A model generated the notes under the pieces. The model saw only the letters and a list, made by a program, of their open reading frames with translations, was not told where the DNA came from and made no database searches. This document shows, one piece after another, positions 41,753-52,439 of a stretch of DNA of 53,363 bases. The number at the start of each line of letters is the position of its first letter. The stretch's first letter is position 1. Both the position numbers and the translations under genes were made by a program. Source of the stretch: Nitrososphaeraceae archaeon (GTDB lineage: Archaea; Thermoproteota; Nitrososphaeria; Nitrososphaerales; Nitrososphaeraceae); assembly GCA_035297365.1 (NCBI GenBank), contig DATGZA010000009.1:1-53363 (forward strand), given 5' to 3'.

Positions 41753-43639
41753 TCAAAAATCATAACTATCTTGAGTATAAGAGAGATTGTTTTTTGACAT
41801 TTGATTATATGACAATAGTTTATTTTCTTTGATAAAACTTTCAGATAGATTAAAGACATTTAAAAATAATGGGGTTCCAGCAAATGAAAGTGGTGAAACT
41901 GGACCCTGACTCATAAAGGAATATTTTTTAGACTTAGTATTAAATGAGTTTGCAGGATCAGTAAATGACTTGTATAATTTGATAGCATTCTGGTCTGATA
42001 CCAACTCTTTCATAGTTACTAGATCGCTTCCTAAAGATAATCCAAACCCACAAAAAAGTATTCTTAATTGTTGCAATATGTCTTTGTGGATACTTGATAA
42101 AGAAGTACTAATAAACATCCATCCAAGTCCATATTTTCTAGTAGTTCTTACAGCATCTAATAATGCTAATCTTACATTTTCTAAATCGTTGGAGTTTTCA
42201 TATTTTTCTCTCCTTGCGAATCTATGTGCTTCATCCAATACAACTAAAGTATTTAAAGAATTATTTTGTTCCCAACTTTTTTCTCCCAAATAGATTAAGC
42301 CATAAAGAAGTCGCTTTAGAACTAGAGCTTGTATAGTTTCATTCCAATAATCTAATTTCATGTTATGAGCGCTTTGTAAAGAGAGATCAACTATTATCAT
42401 AGGTTTGTCATCAAAAGTAAATTTCTTTAGCAAGGAGTCTACAGTTTGTGCACCAGGTCTATAATGAAATAATTGACACATAGGTTTCCAGATTTTTTCA
42501 TAAATATAATCCTCATCTAATTCAGAAAGAACAGTGTTTAATCTTGACCGTGGTTCTGCTGTAGAATAGATTAGTAATTGAATATTTGGATTATGCAAAA
42601 TATTAAGTACTTTGTGAAATGATTCTAGTTCTACTAGATTGGTTAGAGTTATATGTTGTCTACTTTTTAATTCATTAATCAAAATATTTGCTGCATCTCT
42701 TTTATTTTCTCCCTTTATTGATAAATATGAAAAGAATGATGATTCATATAGAATTTCTTCAAAAAGATCCCATCTATCTAATATTAGATTTCTAATATTA
42801 ACTACTTCAAATTTTTTACCTAAAGATAATAAAACTTCTTTCATATTTATATAAAATGCATTATTTTTTTGCCTATTATAGATTTCAGTTGTATCAAAGA
42901 TTGTTTCTTTTGAAAACTCACCTACTGGATCAAATATCAATAATCCCATTGAGGGATATTTAGAATACGCCATAAAAATCATTTTAGCTAATGTTGATTT
43001 TCCAGAGCCTGTTGTACCAAATATTCCTAAATGATATGCTTCACCAGCTCCGTTGGGACCATCACCGAAATGTTTGAACCACATAGGTAATTTGGTTTTT
43101 GATCCATAAACATGTCCAAGATAAAATAATTTATCCAGATGTTTTTCTAATAGGGAATCTAACACGGCATCGTTTGTTAAATGAATGAATGTTCCTGTAG
43201 GAGGTACAGTTCCTAATAAACTAGTATCAAAAAAATTTTCCTCTTTATTATTACTAAATACTGCACTACACAGGAGTTTTCCGACATGTGTATCTTGAAT
43301 ACCACTTATAGGATTAACTAGACCTCTTTGTCGTGCAACAGATTTTATTGTTGGATCTTCTAACAGTGCATTTTTAAGCTCTATTTCAGTGATTTGTCCT
43401 AAGGAATAATTGGATTGTGAATCCTGTATGTATTTAAAAATCACTAATTCGCCAACTAATTTTTTAGTTACTGCATTATGTAAAATATTTAGACTTAATT
43501 CACTTGTAGATGATGGTGAGCCTATCGTACCTATAGGTTCGGTATTTAACAGTAATTGGTCTAGTTTATGATCACAACTTGATTTTATATCATAGTTTTC
43601 ATTATATTTGTTGGAATCATAATTTGCATTATTTTTCAT
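41753..43639 (-). CDS. herA: HerA-like ATPase/DNA translocase (HAS barrel + DUF87)
   Basis: N-terminal IGTIGSPS barrel, HLGIFGTTGSGKS, FDPVGEF, VVLDEAHRFA, RKYGLG. Confidence 0.92.
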   Translation of the reverse strand: MKNNANYDSNKYNENYDIKSSCDHKLDQLLLNTEPIGTIGSPSSTSELSLNILHNAVTKKLVGELVIFKYIQDSQSNYSLGQITEIELKNALLEDPTIKSVARQRGLVNPISGIQDTHVGKLLCSAVFSNNKEENFFDTSLLGTVPPTGTFIHLTNDAVLDSLLEKHLDKLFYLGHVYGSKTKLPMWFKHFGDGPNGAGEAYHLGIFGTTGSGKSTLAKMIFMAYSKYPSMGLLIFDPVGEFSKETIFDTTEIYNRQKNNAFYINMKEVLLSLGKKFEVVNIRNLILDRWDLFEEILYESSFFSYLSIKGENKRDAANILINELKSRQHITLTNLVELESFHKVLNILHNPNIQLLIYSTAEPRSRLNTVLSELDEDYIYEKIWKPMCQLFHYRPGAQTVDSLLKKFTFDDKPMIIVDLSLQSAHNMKLDYWNETIQALVLKRLLYGLIYLGEKSWEQNNSLNTLVVLDEAHRFARREKYENSNDLENVRLALLDAVRTTRKYGLGWMFISTSLSSIHKDILQQLRILFCGFGLSLGSDLVTMKELVSDQNAIKLYKSFTDPANSFNTKSKKYSFMSQGPVSPLSFAGTPLFLNVFNLSESFIKENKLLSYNQMSKNNLSYTQDSYDF

Positions 43640-43647
43640 ATTCTTTT

Positions 43648-44850
43648 TTACATCCCACTTTCTGTTCTATACGAATGCATTATAAAAATGATATCAGAGA
43701 CGTCTTCTCTAGTATTGTCTTTTTCAAGTTCTGCTAAACTATTCGTTAGAATTTGTTTATATGCAGGAATGGCTGGTGCTATATGCTTAACTATGCGATC
43801 TGCAAGATAGAGAGGATATGGCTCTATTATTGATGGAACGATACATTGATTTTTTATTGTTTGAAGTAATGGATGTAGTCTGTTGTTATCAATAGCTATC
43901 GAATATGGAATTTCTATCCTCAAAGCTGGCGACCATTTGTATGGCTTATAATATATAACATGAAGTTGTGTAATTTTTTCAAGCACATCATTCATTAAGC
44001 TTTCGAGCTCGTTGTGTTCCTTTTTGGAATTTTCATTATTTTCATAATAAAAATTTGGAATTTTCATATGCCAATTTTCTTTGATTGTAAATGGTCTTGG
44101 TATTGTGTATTCTCCCTCGTTTAATATCAAAGTTAAAATGGCGCGATCATCATAGTCTCTGGGCCAATCAAAAATATCTCCAATGTCATTTCGTGAAGTA
44201 TATTTTGGTATTCCTACCCATTGTTTTTCTACATTACTCGATTCTAAAATTATCTTATAAGAGAGTAGAAATTCCTTGTATGAATCTCTGATTTTATTGG
44301 CGGTAGTTGTTTTTCGTTTTTCTATGAAATCAATCGCTTTATACATATGTATAAGGCCAGTTGTAAGTGATCCATCCAAGAAAATTAGATTATATGGTGA
44401 ATTGGCTGCTAAATTTATCTCCATTTCAATCATTAGACCTCTTGCAGCAATCATATTTTCAGGATCATGTTTTTCAGTATTGATAAACACGTTATGATTT
44501 GGTGATTCCCATTTTCCCTTTTGTTGATTCGAAGACATTAAACCTTCTACACCTACAGTTCCTATAGCAATAAGATCAGTTCCAAGAAGTCTTTCTATAG
44601 CATACGCTCCATCTACTGCACAACACGTCAACGGTTGAGATTTTATTTCAGAATCATTTTTTAAAATACAGGATTTATCTAATTGGGAACGAAAGTAATT
44701 TTTTTTCTTTTTAATAGTATTGATTGAATTAAATAATTCGGTTCCAATCTGTGTTGTTTTGGATAACATTTCTTCAACCATGGAGGCTGGAATATCTAAA
44801 AATGGGTAATTACTAAAATTATTGTAAGTTGTTGCATCATTTCTACTCAT
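43648..44850 (-). CDS. nurA: NurA-like 5'-3' nuclease
   Basis: AVDGA, IFLDGSL, GIPK, YDDR, LRIEI, EPYPLYLAD; directly upstream of herA. Confidence 0.88.
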   Translation of the reverse strand: MSRNDATTYNNFSNYPFLDIPASMVEEMLSKTTQIGTELFNSINTIKKKKNYFRSQLDKSCILKNDSEIKSQPLTCCAVDGAYAIERLLGTDLIAIGTVGVEGLMSSNQQKGKWESPNHNVFINTEKHDPENMIAARGLMIEMEINLAANSPYNLIFLDGSLTTGLIHMYKAIDFIEKRKTTTANKIRDSYKEFLLSYKIILESSNVEKQWVGIPKYTSRNDIGDIFDWPRDYDDRAILTLILNEGEYTIPRPFTIKENWHMKIPNFYYENNENSKKEHNELESLMNDVLEKITQLHVIYYKPYKWSPALRIEIPYSIAIDNNRLHPLLQTIKNQCIVPSIIEPYPLYLADRIVKHIAPAIPAYKQILTNSLAELEKDNTREDVSDIIFIMHSYRTESGM

Positions 44851-45936
44851 GAATTATATCCAAATTGTTATTGTTTTTATTTAATTTTAATGATTGGTTT
44901 TTTTAAAAGGTCTATCCATCTGAGATTTATGTTTTATACTTTATATTAGACATATATTACCATTATTTTATAATATTGAAATATCGCAAGGTTTTAGACT
45001 TGAAGATATGTTTATTTCTATAAAATGAGCTATTAGTTATTATATTAACTATAAAGCTACAGAAATTCCAAATTTGGTCTAAAATTAGACATTAAAAACA
45101 ATATGAAAGTAGACGTAATATGTATATTTCTTTAGATTAATAGATAGATGTAGTGAATTTCTAATTTTTAATGATCCATAAAAATATGTAATTGTGTAAT
45201 TGAATCTTTAGATTCACATAAAATATGTCTAGTTTATATAATAAATGCATGATATATCAAATTAACATAAATATAGTATATTAGGTTATAGGAGAAATAA
45301 TTTTCAATTATTGCTTTAGTAATAATTTTAGAGGATCTGGGGAAATAGTACTTTTATTTCATGTATAGCTATATGTTTGTCGAAGAATGGATGTTGAAAT
45401 TGCAACATTTGTCAGAGGATATATTATGAATGTCGAACAATGGCTTGAAAATTCAAGCTGTAAAAGTAATGATTGCGATAGAATTTAATGGAGCATGTTG
45501 AGAAGATTAATCTTATAATAAAGGGTGTACTGATAAAAATGGCTATCCTAAAGTCATCGAATTCAATCATCCACAAGAAGTAAAATGTGAGTAATTACTT
45601 TTATATTTTGGCTTATTCGTGATGTTACTACAAGAGATAGACAGCGTTCAGATATAAAATACAACATATCTTAATCATTTTATTTTAATCCAGAACAATA
45701 AATAGCTAAAAAACCGAAAAATGGGATGAATAAGCAAATTTAATAATAACCACTGTAATTATTTCGTTTAACTTTTTAATAATTTTTTTAATATCGCACT
45801 ATTTTCAGCTAAAACAATAATATTTTACTTTCAATTCTTACATTATTTTAGAGTATACATCTCAGAATAGCTGGAATTTCAGTTTTAACAATAGAAATAT
45901 AAAACTTTTTATAAATTAGATTAATTTATTTCCTTA

Positions 45937-46200
45937 ATGAAAAAAATCTTAACAATAGCAATAATGGCTCTTGCAATAGGCATTATTGGTATAGCAAGCA
46001 ATTCAATGAATATATTGGCTCAAATGAATCCAGACGATCAAATGTCAGAGGGAACAAATGGTATGAATGCTACAAATGCAACAGCAGCAACAACTGCAAT
46101 GGCAGGGACAACATCAGATTCTCAACAGATTTCCAATAATGGTGATGACAAAGATGGCGAAGATGACAAAGATGGCGAAGATGACAAAGATGATGAATAA
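45937..46200 (+). CDS. Small secreted low-complexity protein with acidic repeat tail
   Basis: Signal peptide MKKILTIAIMALAIGIIG, Thr/Ala/Asn linker, DDKDGE repeats. Confidence 0.75.
   Translation: MKKILTIAIMALAIGIIGIASNSMNILAQMNPDDQMSEGTNGMNATNATAATTAMAGTTSDSQQISNNGDDKDGEDDKDGEDDKDDE
46144..46192 (+). repeat. 18-bp tandem repeat GATGACAAAGATGGCGAA, about 2.7 copies
   Basis: Copies at 46144, 46162 and a partial at 46180. Confidence 0.92.
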
Positions 46201-46414
46201 TTAAGATAAAAACAAAATCAATTCATATATTTTTTTACCAAACCAAATATTATGAAAAGATTAATCTGGTATAATTAATGTAGTTCAAAATAATTTATTT
46301 TAAATCAAAATCATAAAATTATGATTATTTTATTTAGGTATTAATAGATTTTTCTTCCAAGTGGTATTTATTCCCAAAAAATTATTATATTAATTTTGTA
46401 TAGATCTGTCCTCT

Positions 46415-46969
46415 TTGAAATCGAATTATAAGAATATTGTCGGTATCTTGGGATTAATTATATCTTTTTTTGGCACCATCTTCTTTGGTTTAGAAACAAT
46501 ATATGGATCTGAAGAATCATTTTCATCATCTTTTCTAATATGTATTATAGGAATAATATTAGTAGGGTGGTGGCTTAAGCATGTAAAAAGAATTGGAATA
46601 AAGATTGCAATGACTATTTTGTTGATCGGTCAGTTATTAATATTTTTATTTCCTGAAAGTATTTTTCCTTTGGATAGAAATTATGGTAACAATATGACAT
46701 TTTTTGTTTTTATAGTTTTCCTCATTGGCATTACTGTATCTATTAAGAGTATTAGAAAAAGATATAAAATACGTCAAAACTTTTCAAAATCTATAAAGAA
46801 TCAGATACTTCAAAAACAGAGACACAAATGTGCAGCATGCAGAAAAATGCCTCCATTATTACACTTTGATCATAAGGATGGAAATAGATCTAATAATCGT
46901 TTAAAGAATTGTCAGGCTTTATGTCCAAATTGTCATTCAATAAAGACATTAAGACAGATAAGAGGATAA
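46415..46969 (+). CDS. Four-TM membrane protein fused to C-terminal HNH endonuclease
   Basis: Four hydrophobic segments, then CAAC...FDHKDGNRSNNRLKNCQALCPNCHSIKT. Confidence 0.88.
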   Translation: MKSNYKNIVGILGLIISFFGTIFFGLETIYGSEESFSSSFLICIIGIILVGWWLKHVKRIGIKIAMTILLIGQLLIFLFPESIFPLDRNYGNNMTFFVFIVFLIGITVSIKSIRKRYKIRQNFSKSIKNQILQKQRHKCAACRKMPPLLHFDHKDGNRSNNRLKNCQALCPNCHSIKTLRQIRG

Positions 46970-47079
46970 AAAATGATATATAAAATTAAAATCAAGGAAA
47001 TTAATTCCTTTGCTTTTTATATGATTTGGTGCTGTTAAATGTAATATGTTCTATTTTGAATGAACCCTTGATTTGATTG

Positions 47080-47760
47080 TTACATTTTATACATGAACGA
47101 TAACTTAATCCAATTGTATACATACTTTGGATTAGATTTTTATTTTTTGTAAAGAAAAAATCACGAAAACATTCTGTTCTGTGAAATACTGCATTACTCT
47201 TTCTTTCCTTTCAATTAAACTTTTTTTCTAAAGGTCAGTACAATTGATCTTTTAGATCTAGAAAATACATTTCTATGCATATCATGTGCCACCATCTGTA
47301 TATACTACATATCTTTCATACTTGTCAATTAGTAAATACATAAAATTATCCGCTACAAACATGTTTGTTCCCTTGCAAATATGTATTCCAAGCATAGATT
47401 TGTGAACTGCTTCGATTACAAACCCAAAATCAGTAATGATAATCTCATCAGAATATAATAATTACAGCTAAATCCATTTTCTTAAATTAATAACCTCGTT
47501 AAAGTGTTTCATACAAAATTAAAGTGTTAAATATCATAATGTCTTATAATATAATAACCACTGAATAATTTGTCTATAGCGAATTTCTGTAGCAGTATCC
47601 TTCCACAATCTAATGCCAACATAATGCCTCGTTACAACCTATGGACAATTTCAATACTCACATTCGGTGGTGTTGGAGAGAAAGATCTAGAATAATCATA
47701 TTGATATCCAACCATTGCGGCATGGTAGATATCTTTAATTACTTTCACAAACTCTCCAAC
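47080..47760 (-). pseudogene. IS6-family (IS240-like DDE) transposase remnant
   Basis: Reverse strand gives IEAVHKSMLGIHI...NMFVADNF...DKY...VYTDGGT*Y, KSLIER..RVMQYF and VYNWIKL with stops and frameshifts; boundaries approximate. Confidence 0.8.
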
Positions 47761-47996
47761 GACATTATTAAGTTTCAAGTTTGAATTTTTTTCATATATC
47801 TTATGTCAGGTATGAATATCTATCTATAGATGATAATAAGATTTAGTAAATATTTATAATATATCAAAAAAAAGAGCTATCTTGGACTTATAATTGACTA
47901 ATAATATAATTTGTTTATAGGAGGATAATATTGAGATAGGTTCTAATAGCATGAACAGATTTTGTAGTTACTTTATTAATTAAAAAAAATTCTGCT

Positions 47997-48128
47997 TTAT
48001 ATGATCTTGATTTCCATTATCGGTTCTTGCTCCAAGTCTTTTCTTGTCGCAAAGAACTCGAATACTAATACTGTCGCTGCTAGTGCTAAACTAGATACAG
48101 TTGATAGAAGAAATATTTCACAACTCAC
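47997..48128 (-). CDS. Possible 43-aa single-TM peptide
   Basis: GTG-start frame VSCEIFLLSTVSSLALAATVLVFEFFATRKDLEQEPIMEIKII*. Confidence 0.3.
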   Translation of the reverse strand: MSCEIFLLSTVSSLALAATVLVFEFFATRKDLEQEPIMEIKII

Positions 48129-48368
48129 GTATCTTACATGTTATATTAAACAACAAATTATTTTAATATTTTCTCAAAATTGAACTAAGTATATCAAAGA
48201 ATTAATTTTTATTTATTTACAGGACAAAGTTTTTTTACCAATTTATCAACTTGCTGTAAATGAAATTCCAATATTATATAGTATGTCTCCTATGAAGTTA
48301 TGAGGAACGAAAAGAATTATTTAGAAGACAACATGAAAGATATTGAATTTCATATTATTGTCATGTTT

Positions 48369-48563
48369 TCAAATTTGTTCGAATAGATTCAATGTTATAT
48401 AGTACAGAATTTCTAAGTTTATTGAAAAGATATTTACCTTATAAATATTGGTGTTAAAATCTACAAATTTTTCTTGGGTTTGACCAAATACTACATTTAA
48501 GGTTAAACCTATGATTACTAAAATTATTGAAATTATAACTACATATAGATTGAACCTTTGCAT
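48369..48563 (-). CDS. Signal-peptide-bearing ORF, probably a truncated secreted-protein gene
   Basis: MQRFNLYVVIISIILVIIGLTLNVVFGQ followed by a short tail. Confidence 0.35.
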   Translation of the reverse strand: MQRFNLYVVIISIILVIIGLTLNVVFGQTQEKFVDFNTNIYKVNIFSINLEILYYITLNLFEQI

Positions 48564-48823
48564 TTATTCGCTGATCGACTTAATCAAATAATTGAGTGAT
48601 ATAAGATAGAGTTTTTATATATGATAAAAATTCATTTCATTTTTTTTTAAAATTTTTAAATTCTTTATCATATTTGTCATTTTCTATATCCTTTATTGAT
48701 ATATTTGTCTAGTTATTTTAAAATTTAAACTAGAATATACTGTATTTAATTGTATATAACAAAAGAAAAAGTACATAGTTAATAGTATTAATCTTAATAT
48801 CCTTAGTATTCCTGTAGATAAGC

Positions 48824-49282
48824 ATGTCTACAAATACAAATACAAATACAAATGAAATTGCAAAGTCAATAAATAAATTCCAAGATGAATCCAGAAAGAT
48901 ATACGAAAATAATATTGAAAGAATAAATCAATATCAGAACCAAATTATTGATACAAGTAAACACATTGCTGATAACTATATTGAATTACAAAAGAATACT
49001 GTCAATATCTATCAATCGACATATAGTCAAATCCTTGAGAATTTATCTCATTCATATTGGAAGGATTCAAATATTCCAGATAGATTTACTGAAGCATATA
49101 ATACAATCAACAAAAATGCTCTTGATAATATTACTGATACAACAAATTTCATCAATGAAATTGCTTTAAGAAATATAGAAACAGCCAACAAATCTATTGA
49201 ATATGCACAAAGATATTTCAATGATACAACTCGAAATTACTTCAACTATATCAGAAAATTAGAAAGACCTTACAACAAATAA
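48824..49282 (+). CDS. Asn/Gln-rich amphipathic helical protein (phasin-like)
   Basis: No Cys or Gly, helical periodicity, IADNYIELQK motif, ACAAAT x4 at the 5' end, T-rich tract after stop. Confidence 0.75.
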   Translation: MSTNTNTNTNEIAKSINKFQDESRKIYENNIERINQYQNQIIDTSKHIADNYIELQKNTVNIYQSTYSQILENLSHSYWKDSNIPDRFTEAYNTINKNALDNITDTTNFINEIALRNIETANKSIEYAQRYFNDTTRNYFNYIRKLERPYNK

Positions 49283-49419
49283 ATCCTTCATTTTTTGTAC
49301 TATAATAATTCCTATTATTATATCCTGATATTTTTTAAATTATAGATTTTTTTATTTATTTTATTTATCAATGACAATTTAAAAAGTTCATTTTTTTCAA
49401 TAATAAATATATTTTCTTA

Positions 49420-49850
49420 ATATAATCATTTTCTAAAGTCATCTTTATATAGATTAAGGTTTATTATATATATCATCTGTATAATCAGAATTGTTACCAA
49501 ATTCTAAATGTTAAACGAGTTTATACTGATCTGTGTCAATGAATTTTTTTATCCATTATTTATCACAATCTATTATGGTATTATTTGATTTTGTTGTTTC
49601 TATTGAAAATCAAACATCAGAAAAATCATCATATTTCTATATATGTTTCTACTAATTTAGAATCTTCTAACAATTTCATATGATGCAGAATAGGCTGTTG
49701 TCCTTATTCCAATGATTTTTGTCAACTGATTAAAATATAATGGTTCCTTTGAAAGTAATAATAAATTTTTCTTCTCATTGAATTTCCTAAAATATCTAAA
49801 ATTAGATCCGTATCTCCAGAATTCTGAATATTTTTTATTTCTGATTTCAA
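49420..49850 (-). pseudogene. ArsR/Phr-type winged-helix regulator remnant
   Basis: DLILDILGNSMRRKI / LLLSKEPLYFNQLTKIIGI / GQQPILHHMKLLEDSKLVETY across frameshifts; 3' end approximate. Confidence 0.72.
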
Positions 49851-50532
49851 TTTATAAAATCTATCAAAATATTAATAATTTTCATATATATATTATCAAA
49901 CAGTATTTTTATAATTTTTTAAGCAAAAAAATTGATCTGAATCTTGTTTTTTACATATCATGGATACTGTTCATTCCTCCTTTCATACCACGAGATGCGG
50001 ACCGGAAGTTTTCAGTATTGTCCGTTTAAAGGCAATAGATTTTAACTCAAAGAGAAGAGATAAAAGAATTTTCTTTACTGGACTGCTGAACACTGGTATG
50101 GTAAAGACTGACAGGGTAAAAATATAGCACCGGTAACAGTGCATGAAGAACGCAGGTATATGGAACAGGAGTTAGAGCCTGTAATAGAGACCAGATAGTA
50201 GTCTACCAGAGAAGTGGACAGTATGAAGTCTACTACATTCTTTTCAGCAAGAAACCGATAGAGAAAATAATTGTTAAATCAACATATGATAATAAGTAAC
50301 AGATTCGATTTATGTGAAACACCAACAGTTAGAAACCATCAATTCTCTTATGACTAGTTCGTTAACACTCATGTGATGAATGCATTTCAATGATAATGAC
50401 GAATGGTGATCCTCCTAGATACGAATACGATAAGAAACAACAGCAGAAGAAAGATACCGAAGTCTAGAAATAGAACAAGCAGTATTAAAATTTTCCATAA
50501 ATAATTAAATAAAACCAAGTTGTAATAAACAC

Positions 50533-50808
50533 ATGAGATACATACTAATAATTTTATTATTAGCGACTACTGGTGTATATTTTAGTCTACCAGTTATTTC
50601 TGCACAATTTACTGCTGATATAATGATTACAGATATGCGTACTACTCACACAATACTGGAAAAAAATGTAGATGAAGTAATTACATTACTAAAAAATAAT
50701 AATACGGCTGAAGCTCTAAACCTGCTCGACGGTGTGAAAATGAAAGTTCATCATATGAATTCTATGTTCGATGATCTTGTGTGGGAATTGTCCAATAGAG
50801 GACATTAA
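50533..50808 (+). CDS. Small secreted helical hypothetical protein
   Basis: Signal peptide followed by an amphipathic helical body, 91 aa. Confidence 0.7.
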   Translation: MRYILIILLLATTGVYFSLPVISAQFTADIMITDMRTTHTILEKNVDEVITLLKNNNTAEALNLLDGVKMKVHHMNSMFDDLVWELSNRGH

Positions 50809-50876
50809 TCTACTGTATGATAATAAAACCCTTTACATTATTTTTCTCATAGAAATATAAGGATAATAATAATTAA

Positions 50877-52375
50877 TTATTTGGGAACAGAGTTACTTTC
50901 TATTTCTTTGTCTTTTGTATTTTTTGCATTACTTTCTGAAAATTGTTCTTCAATCTTGTCTAATTTCTCTATATATTCCTTGCCGAAAATTCTGTCTTCC
51001 TGTTGTGTCTGTTTAAAAGTTTGTTCTGTACTCTGCCAGTTAATTCCATTATTTTCTCATCCCGTTCCTTTTGCTTGTCTAGAGTTTCTGTATAAGCAGA
51101 GTAGAATAGGATCATTGTGTAATTTAGATTTGAACAAAATTGAGCATCGGGTTTATTTGATTTATTACAATTATGACAGGTTTTTGCATTCAGTATATTT
51201 TTTGTATCTTTTATACTATAACCTTCAATTCCGATGCTTCCAAAATAGATTTAGAAGATTTGTTTACAATGCAATGAATGTAAATCACGGGTCTTTTTAA
51301 AGAGATTGTTCAGCTTGCTTGGTCTCTCAAGGTATGTTCTTTCAAAATCAATGATTTTACAGTCAAGCCGAGTGTCTTTGTAAGTATGGTGTACAAGATT
51401 TTGTTAACAAATTTTTAAGATATCATTTTCTGGTCTTGGAATTAATTTGTTATCATTACATAGTAACTTGGGAAAATAACTTCTTATAGATTCATGTATA
51501 AATTTTGTATAATGAGTTTTACTTAGTTGTTCTCCAAAATTACTATCTGCTAGAGATATAAACAAAAAAAGTATTGGGATTGTTGGCCTTGGTAGGATGA
51601 GAATCAATCCAGTCTTTAACGTATGGTATCGAGAAAATGCGGAAGGGTTCTATATTTCGTCTTGCTTTCTATTATGTCACTTCTGTATATTGTGTACCGT
51701 TAGATGATACTTTGAATTTGATATCCTTTAATCTTAGGACAAGTAACTCATGCAGCCTGCAGGAAGTATCGTTTGCCATAGCATGATAACAACGATCTCA
51801 TTTTTCTGGACAATATTTCAAGAATAGTGTATGATCTTCACTGGTCCATATATCAGAGGGTTTATAGGTTGATGTTTCCTTTCTTGAAAGTTGTTTGATT
51901 CCCTGCATACAAGCAGGAGTAATCCAATTCTTTTGGTCCAGTTCGCCATTATTATGTTCATAGTTATATTGATTGTATAGTCACCTGAAAAATTTATTTA
52001 AAACCATTTGCCTGCTGTTATATGTTCCTATCCATTTGTGATTAGGATCGTCTGATTCTTTTTTTCTTTAATGAACTCGAATAGGTAATTATATCTTCTT
52101 TTGTTATTTTTTCAAAGTCTTTGTAACCTAGATATTTATTAAATAAACAAATGGCTATGATATGCGTTGATATTGTACTGGATTTAACATTCTGGACATT
52201 ATGTTTATATTGCAGAAATTCATAAAGGATTGTTGCATTTTGTAGATTTATCAAAGTCATTTTTTAAAAAGAGAGTTGTAATAATGGGATGATGTTACTC
52301 CTTTGCTTAGTGACTGGATCTTTTTTCCAAGTCTATGGTAATGACATCGTCGTTATTTGCATAGGTCTTGGTCAT
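50877..52375 (-). pseudogene. Tyrosine recombinase/integrase remnant with C-terminal zinc ribbon
   Basis: DPNHKWIGTYN..QMVLNKFFR, STYKPSDIW, DRCYHAMANDTSCRLHELL.LRLKDI (catalytic Arg box), PY..RHSA, LKEHTLR, CHNC..NKPDAQFC; many stops and frameshifts; includes ORFs 52042..52260 and 51404..51607. Confidence 0.85.
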
Positions 52376-52439
52376 TAATTAACAAGAGAAATTCCGTTCT
52401 ACTTCTTTATTAAAGGTGCGTATAATCCCATGACTACCA

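Noticed and set aside
37856-44850. Calling the operon Wadjet, Lamassu or Sir2-HerA
   Set aside because: No kleisin/JetD, LmuA effector or Sir2 gene; the zinc hook and Mre11/NurA partners fit the resection family
44851-45936. Long AT-rich gap upstream of nurA as an ncRNA or CRISPR-like array
   Set aside because: No regularly spaced repeats or GC-rich stems seen; short frames were not interpretable
49778-50029. 83-aa plus-strand ORF
   Set aside because: AT-rich low-complexity frame overlapping the ArsR remnant start on the other strand
50881-51300. 139-aa hydrophobic plus-strand ORF
   Set aside because: Antisense to the integrase pseudogene C-terminus
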